In this document: positions 1 to 13,612 of the stretch, piece after piece | How positions within the stretch are numbered: position 1 is the stretch's first letter | Layout of the letters: every line of letters begins with the position of its first letter | Assembly (NCBI GenBank): GCA_951406725.2 | Contig: OX597817.1 | Span: 144,150,001 to 144,214,000, forward strand | DNA: 64,000 bases | Source: Octopus vulgaris | Lineage: Eukaryota | Reading direction: 5' to 3' | Notes under the pieces: generated by a model | Seen by the model: the letters and a program-made list of their open reading frames with translations, nothing else | Databases searched by the model: none | What the model was told of the DNA's origin: nothing | Position numbers and translations under genes: made by a program

Positions 1-17
1 ACACACACACGCACACA

Positions 18-64
<47 letters not shown>

Positions 65-342
65 CATATACACACACACGCACGCACGCACACACACACA
101 CACACACACAAACAGAAGGACTATGCGTGTATAAATATGTGTGTACATAGATGTATATTATAGTCATACATATATATTGTAAATATATATATATATGTAT
201 ATATGTGTGCGTATGTATATATGTGCACGCATATATATATGTATGTATATATAGTACGTTTAAATATTTGTTGTGCAAGATTTTTTTGTGCGTGTGTTTT
301 TATTGGCTAAACTGGCAATATGACCATTCCGAAATATAACAA

Positions 343-383
<41 letters not shown>

Positions 384-491
384 GTACATATATACTTATT
401 CATATATATACATACACACATTATATATAGATATATATACATATGCATACACACACACACACAGACACACACACACACACACACACACACG

Positions 492-544
<53 letters not shown>

Positions 545-1000
545 TACATACATTCATACATACGTTTGTATGTATACTTTGATTTTAACGATGGTGGTTG
601 TGGTGACGATAATGTTGATGCTGACGATAATGCTGGTGATAATGGTGATAATGATGATGATAATGATGATGCTGACGACGATGATGATTATGATGATGAC
701 GATGGTATACATATAATGTGCACCCACGCGTATATATATATATATATATATTCTATGTCCTTAGATTTCAGGTGTAACAAATAATAACCCATTCACAACA
801 TACAGAAACATGCACCATATAAACACATGTAGCGTCATAAAACTATTATATTTCCTTACATGTGATCTCCATCAGTGTTTTTAACGATTGTAAAACACGA
901 GATCCTGCAGAGCTATAATTACAAGTTTGCGTCCCTGTTCCAATTTCTAAGCAGCGTCACATCGTTATACAAAGACAGTAAGTTTTGTACAACCTCCTAT

Positions 1001-1685
1001 GGATGGAAGCACTCCGTCGGTTACGACGACGAGGGTTCCGGTTGATCCGAATCAACGGAACAACCTGCTCGTGAAATTAACGTGTAAGTGGCCCGAGGCT
1101 ATAGTAGAAGACACTTGCCCAAGGTACCACGCAGTGGGACTGAACCCGAACCCATGTGGATATAATGTATGTATGCATGTATGCATATTTCACTTTACGA
1201 AGGGCATCCAGCTATAAAAAACCAAACCAAAACAGTGAGGCGTCTGTCAAACCGTCCAACCCATGCCAGTATAGAAAACGAACATTAAATGATAGTGGAT
1301 GGAAGCACTCCGTCGGTTACGACGACGAGGGTTCCGGTTGATCCGAATCAACGGAACAGCCTGCTCGTGAAATTAACGTGTAAGTGGCTGAGCACTCCAC
1401 AGACACGTGTACCCTTAACGTAGTTCTCGGGGATATTCAGCGTGACACAGAGAGTGACAAGGCCGGCCCTTTGAAATACAGGTACAACAGAAACAGGAAG
1501 TAAGAGTAAGAGAAAGTTGTGGTGAAAGAGTACAGCAGGGATCACCACCATCCCCTGCCGGAGCCTCGTGGAACTTTTAGGTGTTTTCGCTCAATAAACA
1601 CTCACAACGCCCGGTCTGGGAATCGAAACCGCGATCCTATGACCGCGAGTCCGCTGCCCTAACCACTGGGCCATTGCGCCTCCAC
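1001..1685 (-). mobile_element. Composite tRNA-derived SINE insertion (family C): full SINE 1297-1685, extra 3' piece 1001-1092 and captured segment 1090-1296
   Basis: Minus strand starts with a tRNA-like head (TGGCCCAGTGGTTAGGGC A box, GGTTTCGATTCC B box). A 13-bp TSD TACAACCTCCTAT lies at 988-1000 and 1686-1698. Confidence 0.85.
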
Positions 1686-1935
1686 TACAACCTCCTATAT
1701 GTGTTAATCAAAACGGTGGGTTTCTGGATAAGACGTTTATGGCTAAGTCGGAGATGAGGGAGCGCAAACACCCATGACCGCTGTAGAGTTTAAAATACGG
1801 CTGGTTTTGGAAGGGGACGAGAGTTGGAAGCAGCAGAATTTCGGCGATGGGGCGCCGTTGTTTGGACGTTAACAGTTTGGCACGGTTGACTGGATATGCA
1901 GTTTGTTTTGGCGAAAGCACTTTTTGGCATTTGAG

Positions 1936-2335
<400 letters not shown>

Positions 2336-2760
2336 GAAATACCAAGTTGAATCAAAAGTTTTCTGTTTTTGTATTTCAAGCTTTGATAGTTCAAATAAAT
2401 TACATACAGAAAGCGTTTATTCACCAAAATTTATTCCATCATATTCTATTGTCTGTTGCCATTGTTATGCCAGAAATTCAATCGCACGCTAATACCCTTT
2501 GGCTAGTCAAGAGGCAAAGAGCTCGCTACACTCATTCCCAACTTCATCCACAGTGTTGAACTTCTGTCCGTGCCGGAAATTAGCCAGTAAAAGAATAAAA
2601 GAATATGAGAAATGAGAAACTTTTCGACTTAATCCTTTTGTCTGTCCCTGTTTGCCCCCTCTATGTTTAGCCCCTTGAGGGCAATAAAGAAATGAGAATA
2701 AAAGAATATATCTTGTAATTTTCGTGGAGTTTTTCCTTTTCCAGACCTTTCCGTTCTCCT

Positions 2761-2793
2761 CTTTCTGATGAAGAGCTAGGCTCGAATCGTAAA
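2761..2793 (+). ncRNA. Degenerate minimal type I hammerhead in a short PLE pLTR
   Basis: CTTT CTGATGA A GAGC-TAG-GCTC GAAT CG TA AA; GAAA is mutated to GAAT. Same family as 6288, 23886 and 48669. Confidence 0.6.
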
Positions 2794-2991
2794 TATATAT
2801 ATATATATATATAAAAAAAAAATCAAACACTCTTTTCACCCTTTACTGAGCGTCAAGCTAATACATGCCATATGTATGTTTTCTTGTTTTGCTATTTGTT
2901 ATTTTGATGTTCGATTTGACTGTGTCTGTCTGTCTGTATGTATGTATGTATGTATGCCTGTATATATATGCATATATACATACATATATAT

Positions 2992-3035
<44 letters not shown>

Positions 3036-3069
3036 AATGAAAGACAGAAGATAGAATATACGAGAATTT

Positions 3070-3350
3070 ATTATTAATCACGGCAATTGTTTCGACACAT
3101 CTAGCATCGATCCCTCATGGGTGGGACACTCAACAACTGGTTCGGGAGCATCCGGTGGTGCAGATGTGTCTCGTCGGGTGATAAATAAATAAACACAACT
3201 CGTTAAAATGACTGTTCTGCAATGTAACTTTGCATTTTGTAGAAAGAAAAACAGCCTGACGGAGGAAATATCTTCATTTATATCGAAGATCAAAACTAAA
3301 ATCCCAGATGACAAAAAGAGAAATGAACACGCAATCCAGCGAAAAAAGTA
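3070..3350 (-). mobile_element. Solo PLE pLTR with degenerate hammerhead (3077-3182)
   Basis: Homologous to 4629-4890. Minus: ATCAC CCGACGA GACACATCT..AGATGTGTC GAAA CAATTG CC GTGAT. Confidence 0.7.
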
Positions 3351-3594
3351 CGTGCGTGTTTATATGTGTATATACACACACACACACATATATATATACA
3401 TACATAGTGAAATCGAACATCAAAAATACGTGTGTGTGCATGTGTGTGTGGTGTGTATACGCGTAGTTAAATAAGATTTGGGTAAAACCCTTGTAATGTG
3501 CGACGCAACGCTCGTTCACAAATATTGGTTACCGGATGTCATGAAACAGTGAGAATGCCCTTATTATTAGATAGACATCTAATAATAAAACTTT

Positions 3595-3795
3595 TTGCTG
3601 GAGCGGAACCCCAAGGAAACATTCCACTGGCTTGAGGAACCCCTGTGCAATAATTTAATAGTCTTATGCACACATATCTGCACAGGAGACTTAAAAATTA
3701 CTGCCGATTTTAGAAGTTTTGTAACTTCTTGCGGAACCTCTGCACTGTACTGGCGGAACCCTAAGGTTCCGCGGAACCCTGGTTGAAAACCACTG
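3595..3795. mobile_element. hAT-type MITE right end
   Basis: Ends GGTTGAAAACCACTG (reverse of a CAGTGGTTTTCAACC hAT-type TIR) and has repeated subterminal GGAACCC motifs. Confidence 0.55.
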
Positions 3796-3806
3796 GTCTA
3801 TATAAA

Positions 3807-4208
3807 GAGATGGATAACAGAAAACCGATTGAACGATATTATTTATTTTAAATCACTATGATTGTTTCCACACATTTTTACACTCGAAATACATTGGTGA
3901 GATGATACAGTTAATGTATTGTTTAATCATTATCATCCCTCAAAAGTGTAAGATGTGTTTCTTCGTGTGATTATTTCAAAAGAAGTCCTTCGGGTTATTC
4001 ATTCTCATACGGACTGAAATGACAATACGATCGAACGAAGGACTTATTTAAAATAATCACCTGAAGAAACTCGTCTTACACTTTTGATTAATGATAGTGA
4101 TTATGCAATATATCATCTAACCAGTGCACTGTGAGTGTAATGTTTGGAAACAATTGTTGTGATTTTAAATATAGAATGTCGTTCAATGCATTTTCTGTTA
4201 TCCATCTC
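3807..4208. mobile_element. Diverged fold-back element / MITE
   Basis: GAGATGGATAACAGAAAA ... TTTTCTGTTATCCATCTC termini; imperfect complementarity continues to the centre (3940-3992 vs 4036-4087). Confidence 0.7.
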
Positions 4209-4219
4209 CCCACTCTCCT

Positions 4220-4295
<76 letters not shown>

Positions 4296-4579
4296 CCCAA
4301 CACATATATATATTTAGTGTGGTTGTGTGATAAGAAGATTATTTCTCAACCACATGGTTCCAGATTCAGTCCCACTGCGTGGCACCTCGAACAAGTGTCT
4401 TCTACTATAGCTTCGAGCCGACCAAAGCTTTTGTGAGTGGATTTGGTAGATGAAAACTGAAAGAAGCCCATCGTACACACACACACACGCACACAAACAA
4501 GATATTAAATAATAAAACGAATGATTTACACCTGGTAGCTTACTGGTAAAGCACGGCCACTTTCACAGTGTTCGTTGTG

Positions 4580-5976
4580 TATTTGGTTAATGAGATAGGG
4601 AAGCTGGAAGATACAAAAGTTTTTATTAATCACGATAATTAGTTCGACCCATCTAGCACCGATCCCTCACGAGTGTGATACCCAACTACTGGTTCAGGAG
4701 CATCGGAGAGTGCAGATGTGTCTCTTCTAGCGATAAACATATAATTCGTTAAAATAACAGTTCCGCAATGTATCTTCTCAGTTCGTGTAAAGAAAAGCAG
4801 CAAATTAAAGGACATATCTTTCATTTATATACAGGCTCAATAATAAAATAACAAATGCAAAAAAGAAATGAACACGGAATACAGCGAAAAACGTATTAAA
4901 TATAACCATTAACGGATATGGATATATAGACGCCCTCGCGTAGCTTGTATGGTGCACGTACACTCACTCATACGAGCATCCATAAAGATGTAAGCATACG
5001 TACATGTGTGGTTTGGTGCACATACATTCAGATAGCGAGTTAAATAACTTACTTGGTATTTATAAGAATGGGTAGCTTAAAGCTAAATTGAATTCATCCA
5101 TACCTTAAGGTGAATTACGTTAACAGTTTCTCAAATTCATTCCCATTGCATTGTGCGAAAGTGCATTTATATGCGTTTACACATTTTGAGAGCCTTTCAG
5201 AAATTCTATTAATGATCTTCTCGTTGATCTACAGAATAGACAGGGATTCCACGAAGTAGAGTCGTCATCTCCTGGAAAAGATATTATATGGTTTTGCGTG
5301 CTTTACTGTGGACCAAGTTATGTTGTATTTAATTTCATCTTCCTTAAGTCGCCACACAAAATCGGCCAAAAATGTTGAATGCGTCTTATTGATTTTCTTG
5401 AAGCTGGCGACATGGTTACGATAACAATTCTTGAATGAATCAGCCATTGCTCCAGGGTAAACATACGGCCCTCCTCTTGTGTGCACGGTACATTTATGTA
5501 CAAGATTTGTTCTTATACAGAGGTTCAGAAATGGGCATTTTGATTTTTCTCTGCATGAGCATTTATTATATTTATTTGTATATATGGCTGTTCTGACTTC
5601 ATTTTCCAACGTTGTTACCGTGTTAGCTATATCACAATCATTTCTACTATCACGATTTGGCCATATTTGGTGCGGTTTACATCTCCTTTGTTGGTATTTT
5701 GATACATATGTTTGCCAGTTTCAGTTGGTGGGTTATTGAACTGATGTTTCATTTTACTGTTGTTTATGTGGTGCATATGCTACTCTAAATTTAGCGTAAG
5801 ATTTTTAACAAGTATCTGTTTATCACCCAAAGAGACACATCTGTATTGTCCGATGTTTCTGAACCAGTTGTTGGGTATCACACCCGTGAGGGATCGATGC
5901 TAGATGGGTCAAAACAGTTGTAGTGATTAATAAAAACTTTCGTATCTTCCATCTTCCGTCACTCATTAACCAAATA
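4580..5976 (-). mobile_element. 5'-truncated Penelope-like element relic with inverted pLTR
   Basis: ORF 5265-5609 resembles a PLE GIY-YIG region (CSCR..CPF..LC...LVHKC...YPG...FKNCYRNH..SF...ITWS). About 160-bp inverted pLTR copies at 4580-4738 and 5818-5976 each carry a decayed hammerhead. Confidence 0.75.
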
Positions 5977-6168
5977 TATGTGTGTGTGTGTGTCTTTGCG
6001 TTTTCCCCCCACCATCGCTTCACAACCGGTGTTGGTGTGTTTATAAAAACAAGTCTTGAGGTCGATTTGTTCAACTAAAACCCCTCAAGGTGGTGCCCCA
6101 ACATGGCCACAGTCAAATGATTGAAACAAATAACATAAAAGATACACACACACATGCGCGCGCACAAA

Positions 6169-6208
<40 letters not shown>

Positions 6209-6287
6209 TATATAGGGGAGAATTCACAAAAAAACAAAAGACGAAGACAGGTGATATATTAGTTTAACGCTCGGAAAGTGAAAAGGT

Positions 6288-6323
6288 CTTTAACGTTTCG
6301 AGCTTACGCTCTTCCACAGAAAG
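6288..6323 (-). ncRNA. Minimal hammerhead-like motif (core variant) in short pLTR
   Basis: Minus: CTTT CTGTGGA A GAGC-GTAA-GCTC GAAA CG TT AAAG. Confidence 0.6.
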
Positions 6324-7015
6324 GAACACAGAAAGAAACGGAGAGGAAATAAAGAATGTGTAGTGGCTAGCAATCTATCATGGCGAATGCCGGACAGAGG
6401 GGATCACACAGGAAAGCTAGGAAGAAGGGGAGATAGTAAAAGAAGTAATGATATATATATATATAAAGTTACCTTGTGAAACAAAATTGTATATGTAGTT
6501 TTTCATTTGTCTAACCTCTTTGATAGCAAGCCACCTATGACTATCTCGAGTCTTGAGAAGACATTTGCTATTTTGAAGTGGTTTAAACTAAATTTTTCCA
6601 TCCAAAAAACAGCTTAATTCGTGTTCCAGACACCAGTTTACTTTACTAAATTTACCATACTAAATTTGTTCTTTACTTTTGAAATTAATTGAAAAACAAA
6701 GGAGTATGTTTTAACAGAAATATTGGTGTGACACAAGGGTTAAGACATGATGTGTTTAAAATACCATTTTCCAATGTAGTTTTTAAAAAAATGTTGAAAT
6801 GAATTGCAATAGCATTTCCAAAATAACAAATATTGATTTTCCTATCTGTATTTCCTTGTGTTCTCCAGATATTTGAAGAGTGAAAAGAGAAGAAAACGAT
6901 AAAAAAGAAAAAAAATTCCAGACTGACTGTTATTGAATATACTGGAGTGTTACTCATCATATGAGGGATAACAGTGGAAGCATACTTTTGTCATTATCAG
7001 TGAAACAAAACAAGC

Positions 7016-7400
7016 AGCGAGCTGGCAGAAACGTTAGCACGCCGGGCGAAATGCTCAGCGGTATTTCGTCTGCCGTTACGTTCTGGGTTCAAATTCCGCC
7101 GAGGTCGACTTTACCTTTCATCCTTTCGGGGTCGATAAATTAAGTACCAGTTACGCACTGGGGTCGATGTAATCGACTTAATACCTATGTCTGTCCTTGT
7201 TTGTCCCCTCTGTGTTTAGCCCCTTGTGGGTAGTAAAGAAATAGGTATTTCGTCTGCCGTTACGTTCTGAGTTCAAATTCCGCCGAGGTCGACTTTGCCT
7301 TTCATCCTTTCGGGGTCGATAAATTAAGTATCAGTCACGCACTGGGGTCGATATAATCGACTTAATCCGTTTGTCTGTCCTTGTTTGTCTCCTCTGTTTT
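7016..7400 (+). mobile_element. SINE family B (Nin/Deu-domain-like), tandem partial duplicate
   Basis: GAGCTGGCAGAAACGTTAGC head, GTTCAAATTCC B box, CCTTTCATCCTTTCGGGGTCGATAAATTAAGTACCAG core; the body is repeated twice. Confidence 0.8.
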
Positions 7401-7635
7401 GTCTCCTCTTTACTACCAACGCACAAGACAGCCATTATGTTCCCCCACACAAAACACCACCACGTGGACTCTGTTGAGACTAGTAAGAAATAATTATGAA
7501 CTTTTCTTTTATTACACTTAACTTTTTAAAATATATTTTTTTGATAAGGTTCGTTTTTTCACGAAGAACAGAAACATGTAAAATCTCTCAAAAAATTAAA
7601 ATCTATCTTATATAGTGGCGTTTTCAAATTTCTTA

Positions 7636-7708
<73 letters not shown>

Positions 7709-7952
7709 TATGTGTATGTGTGTATATATATATAATGTATGTGTATGTGTGTATATATATATATATGTGTGTGTGTGTGTTTATATATATATATGTGTGT
7801 GTGTGTGTATGTGTACATATGTGTATATAAATGCGTGTATGTTTGCATGTATGTATGTATATGTGTCTGTATATATGTATGTGTGTGTATGTATGTGTGT
7901 ATGTAGGTATGTATTCACAAGTTTTCAGAAGTCTTTCAAGCGCTTAGAACCC

Positions 7953-8058
<106 letters not shown>

Positions 8059-8619
8059 AAGTTGCTTAGTCTCATGTTGGTCCTCGCCTACCAGTCCAAT
8101 TGGCAAAGGCATTCTTTTTGGTCGAAATGGTTCCGTTTCCTTTGAACTTCCCAAACGTAGTCAATGTACGACTACATTATCAAATGCATCCTTCCATGTC
8201 TTAAGACGGCGGCGGCGTAAGACGGGAGGAAATTGGCTGCAACTTCTAACATGCAAATCAACCACATAGACTCCATTTTGTCGATGTATTTATTAGTTCG
8301 AACTGGCCGAATATTTAGCTCTTGCCGTCTAATGCTACCGTCTGTTAGGGGATTTAACGTACAGCTCAAATGATTTGGAAGCTCAATTCATCGGGAAGGC
8401 GTCTTGTGTTAATAGTGTTCAGATACCAAAAGTAATTAGAGATAATCAAGTCAATGTTTGGTTTAATTCTCGCATGTCAACCAACAGACGCAACCAGACG
8501 ATAGCTTTGTAATCTAATTGGCTGTTGGTACAAATGCAACGTTCTGTTTACTTGTTTGTGATTTGGATAAGAGTAACTTGTCTGGTCTGTGTCGGTTGAG
8601 AGATTAGGTGTCGTAATGA

Positions 8620-8935
8620 GAAAGAGAGAGAGAGGGTAAAGGGGAAGGGGAGAAGAGGAGAGAGAGGGAGAAGGGGGAAGGGGAGATGAGGAGAAGAGAC
8701 AAGGAGAGAGAGAGTAAAGGGGGAAGGGGTGAAGAGAAGAAGAGACAAGGAGAGAGAGGGTAAAGGGGGAAGGGGAGAAAAGAAGAGGCAAGGAGAAAGA
8801 GGGGAAAGGGGGAAGGGGAGAAGAGGAAAAGAGGCAAGGAGAGAGAGAGAAAGAATGACGAGATAACGGGGAGAAAAAGGAAAGAGAAAGAGATAGGGTG
8901 AAGAAAGAGGGGAGAAGCGGGAAAGAGAAAGAGAA
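8620..8935. repeat. Purine-rich minisatellite with GGGGAAGGGG units
   Basis: Recurrent GTAAAGGGGGAAGGGGAGAAGAG..CAAGGAGAGAG units. Confidence 0.8.
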
Positions 8936-8983
8936 AATTTGATTCTTGTTTCGCAGAGAGAATAAGAACTGATGTGATCCTGC

Positions 8984-9027
<44 letters not shown>

Positions 9028-9162
9028 GTGTGTGTGTGTGTGTGGTATGGAAGAATGAAAACAGTGATAAGATAAAGGCAATATAGTCGGAAAAAGTGAT
9101 ACATACACAAAAACACATATACGCCCATGCAGGCAGATATATATATACGTATGTATATAAAC

Positions 9163-9215
<53 letters not shown>

Positions 9216-9236
9216 CATATATACGTGTGTGTAAAC

Positions 9237-9306
<70 letters not shown>

Positions 9307-9466
9307 ATATTTCGGAATGGTCATTTTGTCAGTTTAGCCAATATATATATGTGTGTGTGTGTATGTATATACATACGCACAGATTTATAATTGTTATTTT
9401 TGTATTGTCCCTCTCATCCTTCACCCTTGTGGCAAATAAATGAAATCATCGTCATCATCATCATCA

Positions 9467-9498
<32 letters not shown>

Positions 9499-9529
9499 GT
9501 TGTTGTTGTTGTTGTTGTTGTTATTATTA

Positions 9530-10170
9530 TTCCTTCGTACCACAGTGTAGGTAAAAACGCACCGGAGTCTTTATTCATCTGTCAAGTCACAACAAGGACC
9601 TCAGACAGATAATACTTTCCTTAAAATGTGCGCTGTGCCCAATAAGGCTGCTTTTTGCAAGACATCAATCTTGCATGGGATTTCCTGTTTTGAAGATTCA
9701 ATGGGATTGAGCCCAATGCTCTGATTACCACTGGTATCACTTTTACAATTACCCTCTCGCATTCCATACAGTTTTGCCATTTCCACTTTCAATTCGGAGT
9801 ACTTGGTGATTTTTTTCAACCTCTTAACTCACAACATTCATGTCATTTGGTATGGCTACAACAATGATCTGACAGTATTTGTCTCTCTTATTCAATATGA
9901 CAATATCCGGCCGACGCTGTTCGATTACACGATCCGCCTGAAAATCATAGTCCCAGAATATCGTTACTTTTCCATCCTCCGGCATAACTTTTCTTGGTAC
10001 ATGTTAACACCAGTTCTCTGTTACTTCATACTGGTATTTACGGCATAAGAGCCAATGAAGATACACCCACATTTTATCGTGGCGGCGCTTGTATTCTTTT
10101 TGTGCAAGGCTTTCACATCCACGTACCAAGTGGGTCACATTTTCGTCACTCTTTCCACAGTCTGCTATTA
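9530..10170 (-). mobile_element. R4/Dong-like non-LTR retrotransposon 3' fragment (restriction-like endonuclease)
   Basis: KITKYSELKVEMAKLY...LQKAALLGTAHILRKVL C-terminus; abuts a (TAA)n/(CAA)n tract. Confidence 0.75.
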
Positions 10171-10179
10171 TTATTTTCA

Positions 10180-10390
10180 AGGCGGCGAGCAGACAGAATC
10201 GTTAACACGCCGGGAGAAATGCATAGCAGTACTTCGCCTGTCGTTTTGAGTTCAAATTCCGCCGAGGTCGACTTTACTTTTCATTCTTTTGGGATCGATA
10301 AATTAAGTACCAGTGAAATACTGGAGTCGGTGTAATCGACTAGTCCCCTTCCCCCAAATTTCAGGCCTTGTGCTTATAGTAGGAAGGACT
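10180..10390 (+). mobile_element. SINE family B
   Basis: Same head and core as 7016. Confidence 0.75.
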
Positions 10391-10487
10391 ATTATTGTTA
10401 TTATTATTATACAATTATATGTAAAACAGTCAGACATTAAATTGGAGTGAAATTCATTACTTTTAGGTAAAGTAACATTATATTTCT

Positions 10488-10568
10488 GACAGTTACTTCG
10501 AAGTTTCAGATATACAGCCTTCATCAGAGTGTCCGATGAAAGTTAGTCTCGCAACTTCGAAGTAGCAG
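10488..10568. ncRNA. Back-to-back hammerhead-like motifs on opposite strands
   Basis: Minus 10488-10533: GACACT CTGATGA AGG..TCT GAAA CTTCGAAG TA ACTGTC. Plus 10529-10568: GTGT CCGATGA ... GCAA CTTCGAAG TA GCAG (decayed). Confidence 0.55.
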
Positions 10569-10588
10569 TAAGCCTTTTCTTTGCGAAA

Positions 10589-10628
<40 letters not shown>

Positions 10629-11348
10629 TGTGATTCACCTCGCTAACCAATTGTTGGTAAATAGTTGTGGATTAAATTACAATTTTCTTCTGAAGATCTT
10701 GCGTTTGAAGGTGATTATGAAATCTTCTACGTAACGATTACTGCAGTGCACACTAGAATACGCGACTGAAATACGTGTAAAGATTATATAAAGAATTTAA
10801 CTAAATCTGTTTTATTCTGCCCTAGTAAGTATGTATGTATGTGTGTATGTATGTATGTATGTATGTATGTATGTATGTATGTATGTATGTATGTATGTAT
10901 ATGTGTGTGTATGTATGTTTTCTTCTGTTTTTAATTATTTAAGTTTTTGATCTGAGGAAAGAACTGGTTTCTAACAACGATACAAAGCTCCATCGTTGGA
11001 ACTGGATAACAAAAATGTCCCATTATAAACTTGAGAAAAGTTTTGCATATCTTTATTGTTCCACTTACAGATTGTATGTATATATATGTATGTATGGATA
11101 GGCATATGTATGCAATATTATTACATAAGCATACGTTATTCATAACTCACACTGCATTGGTATTCTACTCATATTTCACAGGGTTTGGCTCAGTTGACTG
11201 TATATATATTCACACACACGCACGCACACATACGTAAAAACACACACACACATAGACACACACACATACACACACATATATATATATATACATACATACA
11301 TACACACACATGCACACACACGTATATATACATACATACATACATACA

Positions 11349-11418
<70 letters not shown>

Positions 11419-11796
11419 CAGATAATATAAATGCATACATATACAGAAATAATAAGCGCATATATATCGATCTCTTATCTCCAGATAATAAACCTGTCCT
11501 TTTCCTAGTAGCAAGTCAGTTTTGGAGAATTATTGGTTCTTGTGATTATCTCTCTTCTCAAGTGAAACTGGTATTAATCACCATTTGGTTCGCGGAAATA
11601 ATTTTAATAAATCAAGAATTCATGTATGGTATTTGATATAACTGTATTTCTCTATATGTTCTATATGTCTGTGCATGCGTGTGCATATACATATGTGTGT
11701 ATACACACACACACACACAGACAAATATGTATGTATGTATGTATGTAGGTAGGTACGCTGGTAGGTAGATAGGCAGGTAGGTAGGTATGTATGTAT

Positions 11797-12210
11797 ACTC
11801 TTTTACTCTTTTACTTGTTTCAGTCATTTGACTGCGGCCATGCTGGAGCACCGCCTTTAGTCAAACAAATTGACCCCGGGACTTATTCTTTGTAAGCCTA
11901 GTACTTATTCTATCGGTCTCTTTCGCCGAACCGCTAAGTGACGGGGACATAAACACACCAGCAACGGTTGTCAAGCAATGCCAGGTGGACAAACACAGGC
12001 ACACAAACACACACACATATATATATATATATATACATATATATACGACGGGCTTCTTTCAGTTTTCGTCTACCAAATCCACTCACAAGGCTTTGGTGGG
12101 CCCGAGGCTATATTAGAAGACACTTGCCCAAGATGTCACGCAGTGGGACTGAATCCGGAACCATGTGGTTGGTAAGCAAGCTACTTACCACACAGCCACT
12201 CCTGCACCTA
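11797..12210 (-). mobile_element. tRNA-derived SINE family A, full length
   Basis: TGGCTGTGTGGTAAG A box, ATTCAGTCCC B-box variant, internal (TA)/(TG) tract and GTAAAAGA repeat tail. Confidence 0.85.
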
Positions 12211-13221
12211 TATGTATGTAGGTAGGTAGATAGATAGTGCTATATATATAATATATGAAACTAGACATTTGCAGACCGTGTGAGATTGATTATATGCAGC
12301 AGTCTCTTTCCATGTTAGATTCATCGCTTTGATATTCCCGCCACCTGGAGGATTATGTTAAGCTGTCCAGCTTACAAAGAAAGCCCATTACGACCACCTT
12401 TCCAAACATAATATACATTGAGATGATTGCTCCATGTAGGTGTGTTTTAATTTTAATTTCCGGTTATTAATTATTTTCATTCACAAATTAATATGAAAAT
12501 GTTGGAACCGACTGGAAAGTTGATTTCCGGAAGATACTCATTCGATCAATGAAAGAATAAATCGCAGACTAACAGAATAGTAAGACTAGTACCTTGCATG
12601 GATTTTTCTTTCTATTTTCTTTTTCGTAAGAAATGTCGATTTGTCATTTCCGTTTATCTCCCTTATCAAAGTGGTTTCCATTAACTATTTGAAAAATCTT
12701 TTAGGTCAAATCATTCATCTCGGCTTTGGTCAAATTCTATAAAGCTGTCCAGGCCAATATATTCCTTTAAGATTTGTTTTCTTTGATTTATACATAAGAT
12801 AATCTTTTTTTTCTTTTGTTCTTTCGCAGAAGTGTTTCTTTATTTTGTCAAACCCTCAGATCGACGAAAGAATAAATTGATGTAGACAGTATTTGAACTC
12901 ATACGTGCAATCATATATTCTGGTGCTCTGTGAATTTCTGCCAATTTAGAGATTTAACGTATTTGGCGGCATAAAAGATGCATGGGTATACCAGACGCAT
13001 CCCAATATCAGCTGCGCAGTTTCAGGAAAATAAATTTCAGTGCATTAAATTATGTAATATTTATAGAGGTTTAACAGTATATTACAAAACATTACAAAAG
13101 TATTATAGTTATTGCAGAAAACATCAATGTATACAGAAAGTAAGTTAGTAATAGAGATAAACATAAGATAAGAAAATTGTGATAATGAAAATATCTTACT
13201 AGATTACAATAGTAAAACATA

Positions 13222-13612
13222 CGGCGCAGAAGTGGCTGTGTGATAAGTAGCTTGCTTACCAACCACATGGTTCCGGGTTCAGTCCCACTGCGCGGCACTT
13301 TGGGCAAGTGTCTTCGAGTATAGCCTCGGGCCGACCAAAGCCTTGTGAGTGGATTTGATAGACGGAAACTGAAAGAAGCCCGTCGTATACATGCATATGT
13401 ATATATGTTTGTGTGTCTGTGTTTGTCCCCCTAACATCGCTCGACAACCGATGCTGGTGTGTTTTAGTCCCCGTAACGTTCGGCGAAAGAGACCGATAGA
13501 ATAAGTACTAGGCATACAAAGAATAAGTCCTAGGGTCGATTTGCTCGACTAAAATGCGGTGCTCCAGCATGGCCGTAGTCAAATGACTGAAACAAATAAA
13601 AGAGTAAAAGAG
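13222..13612 (+). mobile_element. SINE family A
   Basis: Full-length match to the other copies in the window. Confidence 0.85.

Noticed and set aside
1600-1685. tRNA genes at SINE heads (also 13222, 24270, 54759)
   Set aside because: A and B boxes are present but there is no complete cloverleaf, and each continues into a SINE body.
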